A program made the translations under genes and the position numbers. This document shows positions 17,069 to 26,113 of a stretch of 32,601 nt of DNA, piece by piece. The DNA comes from Candidatus Hydrogenedentota bacterium (GTDB taxonomy: Bacteria > Hydrogenedentota > Hydrogenedentia > Hydrogenedentales > SLHB01). Each line of letters begins with the position of its first letter. The stretch's first letter is position 1. Below the pieces are notes generated by a model. That model was not told the DNA's origin and made no database searches. It saw only the letters and a list, made by a program, of their open reading frames with translations. The stretch is taken from positions 1 through 32,601 of the forward strand of contig PUMX01000039.1 of NCBI GenBank assembly GCA_003552485.1, read 5' to 3'.

Positions 17069-20000
17069 CTATTCCTGAACCCGCTCATCCTCGCGGGCCA
17101 TAGCGGTCTTGTCGTGAGTTTCCACAGATGCTTCGCTGAGCGCCTCGGCAGTCTTGCCCACCTGAAACTCGGCCGCCTCAACAATCCCAAGTATCTTTTG
17201 CACACGCTCATACGCTGCCTTGGCCCGCTCGGCGAAGGCAGGTTCATCCGGCTGAAACTCTTCTAACGCCGCGGCGACCGTCGTCAACAGCGCCATTCCC
17301 ATGAGCCGTTCCATGCGTTCCTTGTTCAGCCATAAAACGCCCCCGTGCGAATGAATTGCTAGACACTCCCGCACCTTGGGATCCTCGAAGAAAGCCTGCG
17401 GCCATCGCGGATCCGCGACAGTATCGTCTGATTGCGTTACGCCAGTTATGCGCGCGCCATAATTGAGCACTACGGGAATGATTAGGCTGTCCATAGCCGC
17501 CTGTTCTTCCCGGCCGTGCGCCCTTGCCAAAGCGTCGCGCATAATGTTGAACAAGCGCCAATCGTCGATCCAATCGGCCGGCGCGCCATCGGGTTCAGTG
17601 GGCGCCAGCACTCGGTCCACATTGCGCATGAGCACCCAAGCCGCAAGCACGCGCCAGTTGCGGCCGGCGGCCTCCCTGTCTTCACTCACCAGGCGGCGCA
17701 GCAGCGCGTGGACCTCGGGCGCACGCTCCTTGAGATGCTCTACAGCGTCCCTGAGGCGCAACAGCCGCTCGACATCCCCACGAATATGCTGCATTACGGC
17801 GCGGCTGTTGATCTCGATATGTTCGCGGCGCGCCACTTCGGCAAAAAACTGGCGCAGCGCATCTTCGAGCGGCGCCAGCACACGCGTCTCAAGCGACTCC
17901 TGCAGTCCGAGCGCCTGGCCAGCCTTCGCCACCTCGGCGATATAGTAGCTGCTCATCGCCTCACGGAACGGTTCGAGCACTGGCGCGAGCAACAGTTCAA
18001 TGCGCGCCACGTCGATACTGCGCACGCCGCCGCCCCCAACATGAGCAGCGAGCTGACCCCACGCGCCATCATGGTCGTAGATCTCCCGGAAGTCCAGGAA
18101 GACGTGATACTGATAACCCCCTAGTTGAACGAACAGGCCCTGTTCATGGAGTTGCGGTCCGTGCCGAATGTATTCGAGATCGGTCCTATGATCCCGGAAC
18201 ACGTAGTAATACGGACCTTCTCGCGAAGCATCGAGAGCCTCTCCCAACGTAGTCGTGAAATACTCCGGCTTATCCGTGCTGCCGCGGTTGATGCGCACCG
18301 AACTGCGAATCCAGCCGCTCGTTGTGTTATAGGCGTTGTTATAGATCACCAGCGCCTTTTCCTGGCCGGCCCGATTCGTATAGACGTAGACATTCTCGTC
18401 CACATCCCCGTTATGCACCCAGAAATCGTAGAGAACGAAGTCCTCGGCGTGGCTGAATAGGTACCGTTTACGCATAAGCGGAAACACTTCCGCCTCATGG
18501 CGCCGGACAAGGTCCATGTCAGCCTCTTCATCCCAGTATGCGCGACGGTACTCCATGCCGTACTTTTCAGTGTACCCCTGAATCTGCCCGTGGCCGAACA
18601 TAGGCAGCCCCGGCAGCGTCACCAACATCACTGCGGCGCCAAAGTACTTGTCCCCTTTGCCGAATTGCTCGACGGCGGTGAGTTCATCGGGATTGTTCAT
18701 GAAGTTTACGAACCGCTTGAGCACCTGCGGGCTGAATTCAAGCACGTTCTTGATCGTGTCCCGGAACTTAGAGTTCTCCTCCATTTTCAACATGTTCATA
18801 AACGCGCTGTTGTACACCCGGTGCATGCCCAGCGTCCGCACGAAATAGCCTTCCATGAGCCAGAAGGCTTCGGCAAGAAGCAGGGTATCGGGCGCTTCCT
18901 CTTGCACTCGCTCCACCACCTCGCGCCAGAACTCTTTGGGCATGTGGCGATCGAACTCTTCACGCGTCATTGAGTGCTCAGAGCGCGATGGAATGGCGCC
19001 GCCCTCGCCCGGTTTGGGAAACCACAAACGCTGATAGTGCTTCTTCGCCAGGGTCATGGCCGCGTCAAACCGAATGACGGGAAACTGACGCGCCACATGG
19101 AGAATGGTCTGGATCACTGCCTCGCGCACCTCAGGCATGAGGTAGTTGAGCTGCGCAGTGTCATTCCACGGCATACTCGTGCCATCGTTGCCATGGTAGA
19201 TGTACCGCGCCTCGCCCGACCGGTTATCGGTGCGTTTAAACACGACGGCCGCATCGCGATGCTCCCAGTATCCGTCTTCTATCTGCACCGTAACGCGTTC
19301 GAGCGGACACAGATCGGGCCCCGTGTATTGATAACTCGGATACGGGGGAGCGCTCGCCTGAAGAAACCAGTCGGGATGCTCGACGACCCAACGCGAGTAT
19401 AACCCCACATGGTTGGGCACCATATCACTGGCGAGCCGCATACCGCGCCGCCAGGCACGCTGGCGCAGATTGTCCACCGCCGCATCACCCCCAAGCTCCT
19501 CGGCCACCACGTAATCATATAGCGAGTAGGCCGAAGCCATGGCTTCGGGATTCCCCATGTGCTGCTTGATCCACTGCGAGGCTACTGAACGCTCCCATAC
19601 CCCAATCAGCCAAAGAGCGGTGAACCCCCACCGGGCCAATTCATCAAGCTCTTCATCGGGGATTTCGTCGAGCCGGCGGATGGACCGCTGATACTTCTTC
19701 GAGAGCTGGTCCAACCACACATAGGCCGACTTGGCGATGAGCACCACGTTGGCCATCCAATCAGCGTCTGGCGTAAACTGTTCGGGTTCAGGGTAATCGT
19801 CGAGCCCTTCCGTCTTCCCTCCACGAAAACGCGGGACCAGGTTTTCTCCGCGCCCAAGCCCCCGCACAAGGGATTCCTCCCGGATGATGTCGCGGCCCAC
19901 GAGCAGGCGCTTCAACAATGACTGCGGCAGTATCGCGGCCCAGTGGTCAAGCACGTACTGCAACTGGTCTTCGACGGAGTCCGGCGCATGGACAACCGGC

Positions 20001-20668
20001 GAGCGCAGGAGTTCGACGAGGTCCATGCCAAAAGGATCGACGGGCGGCTGCTCGCGCAACCGGGACCGCAACTCCTCGACCAATTCCCGGTAGGGCGCTT
20101 CTCGCGCCAGTTCCGTATCGTCAAAGAGGTAGCTGAACGACGCCATGGCCGGGTTTTCCCTGGCCAACCAGAGCAACAGCATCTCAGCGCCTATTCGAGA
20201 TTCCTGCGGCCATCCTTGGGTCCATTCACTGAGAAAGCGCTCCTCAGTCATGCGCCCCTGCAAGATAGAGGCAGGCGGAAACAAATGCACGAAGACGCGA
20301 ATAGGCCGATCCACCATCCTCAACCCGTGCGTTGCACGAATCTGCGTCAGTATCTGCTCAAACACGCCGCGGCATTGTTCGAGCCCGTAATAGAGCATCA
20401 CGTGACGATATACGTCCCCAAGCAGCCCCGCGGCCAGGAGGGTGCTCGCGTGGACCGGCGAGACGCCGGGGCGCTCCTGGGGATACTGTGTGTTCAGTTG
20501 CGCCGCGAATTGGCGTATAGCGTTTGTCAAACTACGATTGCCGGACCGTTGCATCTGCGCCAACAACTCGGGCACGCCAAATCTCTCGCACGCACTCCGC
20601 GACAGAGGGAATCCCAATGGGAAATACGGCTCCCGCGATTCGTCGATAAAAACCTCTAGCATAGACAT
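17069..20668 (-). CDS. large GH13-like (alpha-amylase superfamily) protein with long N- and C-terminal extensions
   Basis: ORF 17069..20773. ATG 20668 (MSMLEVF) has AGGAA upstream. The central part carries GH13-type regions: DMVPNH (region I), VIRFDAAMTL (region II, Asp nucleophile), LLLAEAFW (region III, Glu), FVNFMNNPDE (region IV, Asp). About 300 aa N-terminal and about 325 aa C-terminal (helical-looking) have no domain I recognise. Confidence 0.8.
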   Translation of the reverse strand: MSMLEVFIDESREPYFPLGFPLSRSACERFGVPELLAQMQRSGNRSLTNAIRQFAAQLNTQYPQERPGVSPVHASTLLAAGLLGDVYRHVMLYYGLEQCRGVFEQILTQIRATHGLRMVDRPIRVFVHLFPPASILQGRMTEERFLSEWTQGWPQESRIGAEMLLLWLARENPAMASFSYLFDDTELAREAPYRELVEELRSRLREQPPVDPFGMDLVELLRSPVVHAPDSVEDQLQYVLDHWAAILPQSLLKRLLVGRDIIREESLVRGLGRGENLVPRFRGGKTEGLDDYPEPEQFTPDADWMANVVLIAKSAYVWLDQLSKKYQRSIRRLDEIPDEELDELARWGFTALWLIGVWERSVASQWIKQHMGNPEAMASAYSLYDYVVAEELGGDAAVDNLRQRAWRRGMRLASDMVPNHVGLYSRWVVEHPDWFLQASAPPYPSYQYTGPDLCPLERVTVQIEDGYWEHRDAAVVFKRTDNRSGEARYIYHGNDGTSMPWNDTAQLNYLMPEVREAVIQTILHVARQFPVIRFDAAMTLAKKHYQRLWFPKPGEGGAIPSRSEHSMTREEFDRHMPKEFWREVVERVQEEAPDTLLLAEAFWLMEGYFVRTLGMHRVYNSAFMNMLKMEENSKFRDTIKNVLEFSPQVLKRFVNFMNNPDELTAVEQFGKGDKYFGAAVMLVTLPGLPMFGHGQIQGYTEKYGMEYRRAYWDEEADMDLVRRHEAEVFPLMRKRYLFSHAEDFVLYDFWVHNGDVDENVYVYTNRAGQEKALVIYNNAYNTTSGWIRSSVRINRGSTDKPEYFTTTLGEALDASREGPYYYVFRDHRTDLEYIRHGPQLHEQGLFVQLGGYQYHVFLDFREIYDHDGAWGQLAAHVGGGGVRSIDVARIELLLAPVLEPFREAMSSYYIAEVAKAGQALGLQESLETRVLAPLEDALRQFFAEVARREHIEINSRAVMQHIRGDVERLLRLRDAVEHLKERAPEVHALLRRLVSEDREAAGRNWRVLAAWVLMRNVDRVLAPTEPDGAPADWIDDWRLFNIMRDALARAHGREEQAAMDSLIIPVVLNYGARITGVTQSDDTVADPRWPQAFFEDPKVRECLAIHSHGGVLWLNKERMERLMGMALLTTVAAALEEFQPDEPAFAERAKAAYERVQKILGIVEAAEFQVGKTAEALSEASVETHDKTAMAREDERVQE

Positions 20669-20826
20669 ATGATAGCTATTCCTGCGTTGCGTCTTGTGGA
20701 TTAAACGACGTCCCCTTACGCGCTGACTGGCCGGGCTGCACCCGGAACCATCAGTCGCACCCTGAGCATACACGATTGCGAGCAGTCTAGGCTACGAAGC
20801 CATGCTGCGCTTGCCAACTGGCCTGT

Positions 20827-21795
20827 TCAGACGGGATCCCCGGGACGCCACTCGTAAAGCAACCCAGGCTTGTCAATATACCGCTGAATATGCTGCGCCA
20901 AGGGAAACACTTCACCGCCATCAAACGCGCGATGATCAAGCGTGCCCACCATCGTAATCACATAACGCGGAACAACCTCGCCGTCCACGACTCGAGGCCC
21001 CATATGCAAGTTGCCGATGCCCAACATGAATACCTCGGGCGGGATGATCACGGTAACGGTCTGATGGCCGGACAACATCATGCCAATGTTTGCTACGGTA
21101 CAGGTGGCCCCAAGGATGTCCTCTACTTGCAGCCGTTTTTCCTCAGGCACATCTTGCAACGAGGGTTTAGCATGGCGCCGCCTGGTCAACATCGCGCGCA
21201 ACAGGATCCAGAACGCCTGGAGACTGCCTAGATTCAATTCTTTCAACGCGTAACCCACGTACTGCTTGGCGGCGCGGTAGTACAACTCGTCGGGGTCGGT
21301 CCGCCGCGCACGGCGGCTCAGATCGCGCATCTCTTGGGCCACCTGCTCAAGCGTCTTTTGATGCGGATTTCGAATAATGGGTTTGATAACGCCATGATTC
21401 GTGTGAACCGTGAAGCTGAGATTGATATCATCGGCCACGTACATCGTCCCGCCGTTGCGCCACGGGCTGTAATCGAAAAAACCGTTGACGCTAGGCACGT
21501 GATACAACGCATGGCCTATACACTTGATGAAAAACGCCGAGAAATTGCGGCGGAGGGCCCGCTTCAACAGGCTATTATGATCCAGTTTTTCGCCCTTGGT
21601 TTCCGCATCGCGGGCACTCTGCGCGTATTCCACCAGCGGGGTGACATCAAACTCATTCACCACGGCCGCATGAGGAATTTGCCGCGCCGATTGCGAAAGA
21701 ATGAAGGCCACGCTCTGGCGTAAGAAACTCAGGCGCTGGGCCTCCCGCACCCCGACGTGATCCCGCAGATAGGCGATCTTGTAGTCCTGAAACAT
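20827..21795 (-). CDS. stand-alone 2-oxoacid dehydrogenase E2-type acyltransferase catalytic domain protein
   Basis: C-terminal 322 aa of ORF 20827..22062. ATG 21795 has GGGAGA upstream. Catalytic motif TLDHRAFDGGE (DHRxxDG) and the upstream GATCTVANIGMM (equivalent to GGTFTISNLG). No lipoyl or peripheral-subunit-binding domain. Confidence 0.75.
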   Translation of the reverse strand: MFQDYKIAYLRDHVGVREAQRLSFLRQSVAFILSQSARQIPHAAVVNEFDVTPLVEYAQSARDAETKGEKLDHNSLLKRALRRNFSAFFIKCIGHALYHVPSVNGFFDYSPWRNGGTMYVADDINLSFTVHTNHGVIKPIIRNPHQKTLEQVAQEMRDLSRRARRTDPDELYYRAAKQYVGYALKELNLGSLQAFWILLRAMLTRRRHAKPSLQDVPEEKRLQVEDILGATCTVANIGMMLSGHQTVTVIIPPEVFMLGIGNLHMGPRVVDGEVVPRYVITMVGTLDHRAFDGGEVFPLAQHIQRYIDKPGLLYEWRPGDPV

Positions 21796-21990
21796 GGCTC
21801 TCCCTGTTGTATTTCGCTCGCAAATGGCTAAAAGTATAACGTTAACCATTGAGCAATGCACTATAGGAACAGCGCCGCAATTGTGCCGCGGCGGCGCGCT
21901 TAGCGCCGACGCAAACCATGTGGCATAATACCGTAGTAAAGTATCTGAGCGGATCTCCCAGTTGTTGACGGGAATAGCGACGGAACACCC

Positions 21991-22896
21991 ATGAACCCCA
22001 TCCGAACGGCCGGAATAATCGCGCTGGCCGCGCTCGCGCTTTGGTCGATAGGATGCGCGCACAAGGCGCAGTTCGGTGAAACCGGTCCGCGCGCCTACGT
22101 ACAGGGCCAGATCGAAACCTACGATAACCGGCCCATGACGGGATTAAGTCTTCATCTGGTCACCGGCGCCGCCAGCGCTGAACCCGGCCATACGGAAGCC
22201 GTGTTCCTACTTTATAGCGGTTCGCCTCTCGAATCCAGCCGCCGCGAAACCCTGGGAGCCACCATCGACGCCGCCAAAGAACAACACGGCGACGTTTTCC
22301 TCCTGAGCGCCGGTGGCGTGATCCCAAATTCGGGAGACGCCGCCTCCACAGTTGAAGCCATGAACGAACTCGGCTATAGCCTGTTCGCCATCACCCCCGC
22401 CGACCTTGCCCACATAGACACGGAGAACGGAGACGCGTTTGAACAGGCGACGTTCGCCTTGCTCGGCGCGAACATCGAAAACGCTTCGGGCGGCCGCCCT
22501 GTGACGCCCTATACCGTGCTTGAAACGCGCGAAGGCCACACCATCGCCGTGTTGGGTTTGACCGCACCCGGCCCCGCCGAAAGCCGGCGCGCGGTAACCG
22601 ACCCCATTCGCACAGCTCAAGCCTATGAACATCTGGCGGACAAACACGACGCCTGCATCGCATTGACCAATCTCACCCCACAGGCGGCCGCTGAACTGGC
22701 CAGCTCTGCGCCAAGACTTGACGTGATCATTGCCGGACAAACCGAGGGTGAAACGGCGACGCCGAAGACGGTTAACGGTGTCCTTGTGGCGCACGTCCCC
22801 GAACAGCCGGCGAGCCCCGCCAAGCTCGTCGTGACCTTCGAAAACGGTCTGCTTGTGAATAAGGCCTTCAGCTCCGCGCGCACGCGCCGCCCGTAA
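21991..22896 (+). CDS. lipoprotein resembling the metallophosphoesterase domain of 5'-nucleotidases, with metal-binding motifs missing
   Basis: Signal peptide plus lipobox (MNPIRTAGIIALAALALWSIGC). Strong GC3 coding bias. The body is collinear with the UshA-type N-terminal domain pattern, but the catalytic motifs are substituted (LLSAGG, AITPADLA, ALTNLT, IIAGQTE). Confidence 0.6.
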   Translation: MNPIRTAGIIALAALALWSIGCAHKAQFGETGPRAYVQGQIETYDNRPMTGLSLHLVTGAASAEPGHTEAVFLLYSGSPLESSRRETLGATIDAAKEQHGDVFLLSAGGVIPNSGDAASTVEAMNELGYSLFAITPADLAHIDTENGDAFEQATFALLGANIENASGGRPVTPYTVLETREGHTIAVLGLTAPGPAESRRAVTDPIRTAQAYEHLADKHDACIALTNLTPQAAAELASSAPRLDVIIAGQTEGETATPKTVNGVLVAHVPEQPASPAKLVVTFENGLLVNKAFSSARTRRP

Positions 22897-22939
22897 GCCC
22901 CCTGAGCGGCGCGGGGAGTTCGTCCGTATCGCATGGCGG

Positions 22940-23866
22940 CTACGCGACGCTAATCTCCCGGTAAAGCAGACGTCCAACCTCCCGGGACATAAGCAGCGTG
23001 TAGTGTCCGCGGCCAACGACTTCCAAGTTGCGGGCCTTACCAAATTCCGCGCTGTTCTGAGGAAACACGACATTATCGTGGCAACTGTATATGGAAACAT
23101 AAGGAGTTTCGTTGCGGTAGTTTTCGTCGCGATTCATATCTCCAAGCCACGCCGATCCTATACGCATCTGGCTCGCGTTAACGCCAGGAGCAAGCCGCGC
23201 CATAACCGTACCGTGGTGCGGCGTGCCAATGCAGATAAGCTTGGCCACCCGATGGGCGCCGCCAAATTGCTCGATATATGCCCGCGCCACCAACCCTCCC
23301 ATGCTGTGAGCGACAAGGATGACCTTATCCGCGCGGGTCGTATTACAGATGCGCGTGACGCGGGCGGCCAACTGCCGGGCGTAGTCGTCGATATCGCCGA
23401 AACGGGGCTCCAGGTCGATGGTGAAAAGGTTCGTCAAACCGCGGCGCAGCAAATACTGGATCATGGGCGTCCACACGCCGCTGTTGGCGGCGTAGCCGTG
23501 GATGAGCAGGACAGGGCGTTGGCCGGCTCGAATGATAAAGGGACGGCGCCACGCTACAAAAAAGCGGCCGAATGGGCGCAGCATAAGGATGATCATCAGG
23601 CAAGCGCCGATTTCCGTGAGAATCATGTGGACAAAACCAACAAAACCCAGCCGGTTCTCTTCGCTGCGCGGCGTACGCCAAAGAAAGGATAGAATGAACT
23701 CACCCAAGACATGCAGCGCCCGAATCAGAATGTAGCCTATGAGCGCCCACACGGCGAGGCGACCGGCGGGGAATCCCGCGATATGAATACGCCACGCCAG
23801 GATGCATACCACAGCCAATACCAAAACCTCGGCGGCGAACAACAACAGAAAACGCCTGGTGATCAT
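22940..23866 (-). CDS. membrane-anchored alpha/beta hydrolase (lipase/esterase-like)
   Basis: ORF 22940..23959. About three N-terminal TM helices, then an alpha/beta-hydrolase core (RPVLLIHGYAANSGVW, nucleophile elbow LVAHSMGGLVAR, IGTPHHGT). Start is uncertain: ATG 23866 (MITRRFLLLF), 23887, 23923 or 23959. A candidate promoter at 23944-23972 argues against 23959. Confidence 0.75.
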   Translation of the reverse strand: MITRRFLLLFAAEVLVLAVVCILAWRIHIAGFPAGRLAVWALIGYILIRALHVLGEFILSFLWRTPRSEENRLGFVGFVHMILTEIGACLMIILMLRPFGRFFVAWRRPFIIRAGQRPVLLIHGYAANSGVWTPMIQYLLRRGLTNLFTIDLEPRFGDIDDYARQLAARVTRICNTTRADKVILVAHSMGGLVARAYIEQFGGAHRVAKLICIGTPHHGTVMARLAPGVNASQMRIGSAWLGDMNRDENYRNETPYVSIYSCHDNVVFPQNSAEFGKARNLEVVGRGHYTLLMSREVGRLLYREISVA

Positions 23867-23943
23867 CGCGCGGCGGCCATCCCCCATGTGTGATTGTGCA
23901 TTGTAGCCCACGGCCGCGAACATCCGGCCGTGGCGTCCAAGTG

Positions 23944-23972
23944 AGGCTAGCACCCCCATCTTGCGTTGTCAA
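23944..23972 (-). promoter_or_regulatory. candidate promoter for the alpha/beta hydrolase gene
   Basis: The minus strand reads TTGACA-17 nt-TAGCCT. It overlaps the most upstream ATG (23959), which would therefore lie outside the transcript. Confidence 0.3.
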
Positions 23973-24058
23973 CAGATCACGGGGCCGCTAACAACGGGAT
24001 CCCCCCCCTATCAGCGTCGTACTGATGTAGTGCTCTAGCCTAGATAGCCTTGTACTCA

Positions 24059-24087
24059 TTGAAATATAAAACAGAATTCCGTACACT
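24059..24087 (+). promoter_or_regulatory. candidate sigma70-type promoter upstream of the DUF1015 gene
   Basis: TTGAAA-17 nt-TACACT in the only AT-rich patch of this intergenic region. It implies a leader of about 190 nt before ATG 24284. Confidence 0.35.
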
Positions 24088-24283
24088 GAAAAACAGCCCT
24101 GTAACGCGGACGCCGCAGCAGTGTCGCGGCCCCTGTCAGATTCCTTGGGCCGGCAATGGGGACCCGGCGCCGGCATATCGGCGGCGGGCGTCCACACTAA
24201 CCCGTCTATCTTCATAAGCGGGCACGCATTCACTTCTTTACCCATCGATCACGAAAGACAACCACGGGAGATCCACAATTATC

Positions 24284-25540
24284 ATGGCTGGAATCAAACC
24301 CTTTCAAGGCATACGTTACAATCCGTCCCAAGTCGGTTCCTACGATGATGTCATCACCCCCCCTTTCGATGTAATCAGCCCGGAAGAACGGGAGTTGTTG
24401 CATAGCAAGAGCCCATACAACTACACGCACCTCATCCTCCCCAGCGAAGAAGGGGGCAAGGACAAGTACGCCCATGCCGCCGAATTGCTCGCCGCGTGGC
24501 TGCGCGAGGGCGTGCTGCGCCAAGATGACGAGGAGTCATTTTATCTGCTCGAGCAACAGTTTGAGGACCAGCAGGGCCGCCGGCATACGCGCCGCGGTTT
24601 CTTTAACATCGCCAAAGTTCCCGAACCCGGGGAAGAAACGATTCTCGGGCATGAGCAGACGTTCCGTCACAAGATTGAAGATCGCCTCGCCCTTACGAAG
24701 ACGTGTAAGGCTAACTTTGGGGCGGTGTTTTGCACCTATGCGGATCCGGAGAACCGTCTGCGGGACTTCTACGCCCCCATGGACACGCGCGAACCCGACG
24801 TCTCGGCAACGACCATCGACGGCGCTCACATGCGTCTGTGGCGCGTTCCCGGAGACCCGGAGGTGAGCCGGTTTTTTGAGGACAAGACCCTGTATATCGC
24901 TGACGGGCACCACCGCTTCAAGACAGCCTGCGTCTATCGCGATGAAATGCGCGAACAGGAGAAGCCCGAAGGGCTCCAACCCTATGACTACTTCCTCATG
25001 GGCCTTGTTCCCATGGAAGACCCGGGATTCGTCGTATTTCCCGCTCACCGTGCGCTGAATCTGCCGGACGGCGCCGAGGTCTCGACGCTCTTAAACAAGC
25101 TCGAGCAATGGTTCGAGGTATCTCCGACAGATGAAGATCTCGCGCAGCAAGTGCAATCCGCCAGCGGCTGCGTCATTGGCTTGGCGCACCGCGATGCCGG
25201 GCGCTACCTGCTGAAGCTGCGAGACATCGACCGCACGGAGCTGCTCGGCGACGACCACGGGCCGGCATGGCGCGATCTCGATGTTTCAGTGCTGCACCGG
25301 GGGATTCTCGAAAGGATTATGGGGGTGCCGGAAGGCACGGAATTCGTCTATGAACCCGATCCCGGGAAGACCCTGGACTTGGTCAAGTCCGGAGAGAAGG
25401 AGGCGGCGTTCCTGCTGAAAGCCACCTCGCCGCAGCAGATCAAGGCGTGCGCCGACGCCCGGGAATTCATGCCGCAAAAGTCCACTTACCTGTTCCCGAA
25501 GTTGCCGTCTGGAGCCGTGTTCTACCATCACGCCAGCTGA
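24284..25540 (+). CDS. DUF1015 family protein
   Basis: 418 aa. The N-terminus MAGIKPFQGIRYNP...YDDVITPPFDVIS and the internal LYIADGHHRF motif match my recollection of the DUF1015 family. Confidence 0.8.
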   Translation: MAGIKPFQGIRYNPSQVGSYDDVITPPFDVISPEERELLHSKSPYNYTHLILPSEEGGKDKYAHAAELLAAWLREGVLRQDDEESFYLLEQQFEDQQGRRHTRRGFFNIAKVPEPGEETILGHEQTFRHKIEDRLALTKTCKANFGAVFCTYADPENRLRDFYAPMDTREPDVSATTIDGAHMRLWRVPGDPEVSRFFEDKTLYIADGHHRFKTACVYRDEMREQEKPEGLQPYDYFLMGLVPMEDPGFVVFPAHRALNLPDGAEVSTLLNKLEQWFEVSPTDEDLAQQVQSASGCVIGLAHRDAGRYLLKLRDIDRTELLGDDHGPAWRDLDVSVLHRGILERIMGVPEGTEFVYEPDPGKTLDLVKSGEKEAAFLLKATSPQQIKACADAREFMPQKSTYLFPKLPSGAVFYHHAS

Positions 25541-25622
25541 ACGGTCACAGAACCACGCTGACACCATTTGGCGACGGCCATATGGAAGGCTAAGGAATGG
25601 ACCCAGCGCCGCGGGGGGCGTC

Positions 25623-26027
25623 TCACGTGCGCTCGTTCTTACCGGCCAACACGGCCCCGAAAAACTCGCGCCAGTCAGGCGCCGAAGCACTTTTGGGGAA
25701 TACGGCGGTCACGCCGGCTTTATCCCGTTGTCGAGCCTCCAACGGTTCTGATGACAACAACACAATGGGCGTGGCCGCCGGAATTCGGGGATCCGCTCTG
25801 AGTTCCGCGGCCACAGCCAACCCATCAATAACGGGCAGGTAACGGTCGAGTAAGATGGCCGCCGGCGTCAGTTCGACTGCGCGCCGCAATGCTTGCTCTC
25901 CATCCCACGCCCGGACCACACCCGCGCCCGCCGCAGCGAGCGCGGCTTCAATAGGGACCGCTGCGGCTTCGTCGGCGGACGCTAGTAGGAAGCACGGCTC
26001 AGCATTGGACCCCTTTACATTTTCCAT
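25623..26027 (-). CDS. single-domain response regulator (CheY-like receiver, no output domain)
   Basis: 134 aa. Receiver landmarks are present: acidic patch LLASADE, phospho-acceptor context AILLDRYLPVIDG, IVLLSS (Ser/Thr position) and AVFPKS (Lys position). No obvious SD. Confidence 0.65.
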   Translation of the reverse strand: MENVKGSNAEPCFLLASADEAAAVPIEAALAAAGAGVVRAWDGEQALRRAVELTPAAILLDRYLPVIDGLAVAAELRADPRIPAATPIVLLSSEPLEARQRDKAGVTAVFPKSASAPDWREFFGAVLAGKNERT

Positions 26028-26113
26028 AGTTTCGAATTGTCACCGGTTCGACGTCGCGTTACCAGCGTGAGCCTGCGGCAGCGTCACAGAACGCGACCAC
26101 CAAAGAACCAACA

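Noticed and set aside
21796-22062. An 89-aa upstream extension of the E2-like ORF, overlapping the lipoprotein gene start
   Set aside because: It covers AT-rich promoter-like DNA and the opposite-strand signal peptide. ATG 21795 with a GGGAGA SD starts the recognisable domain.
24001-24008. A C8 homopolymer tract between the divergent hydrolase and DUF1015 genes (possible phase-variation tract)
   Set aside because: A single run of 8 is roughly what chance predicts in about 33 kb of GC-rich DNA. It lies outside any CDS and outside the -35/-10 spacers of both candidate promoters. I see no evidence that it works as a switch.
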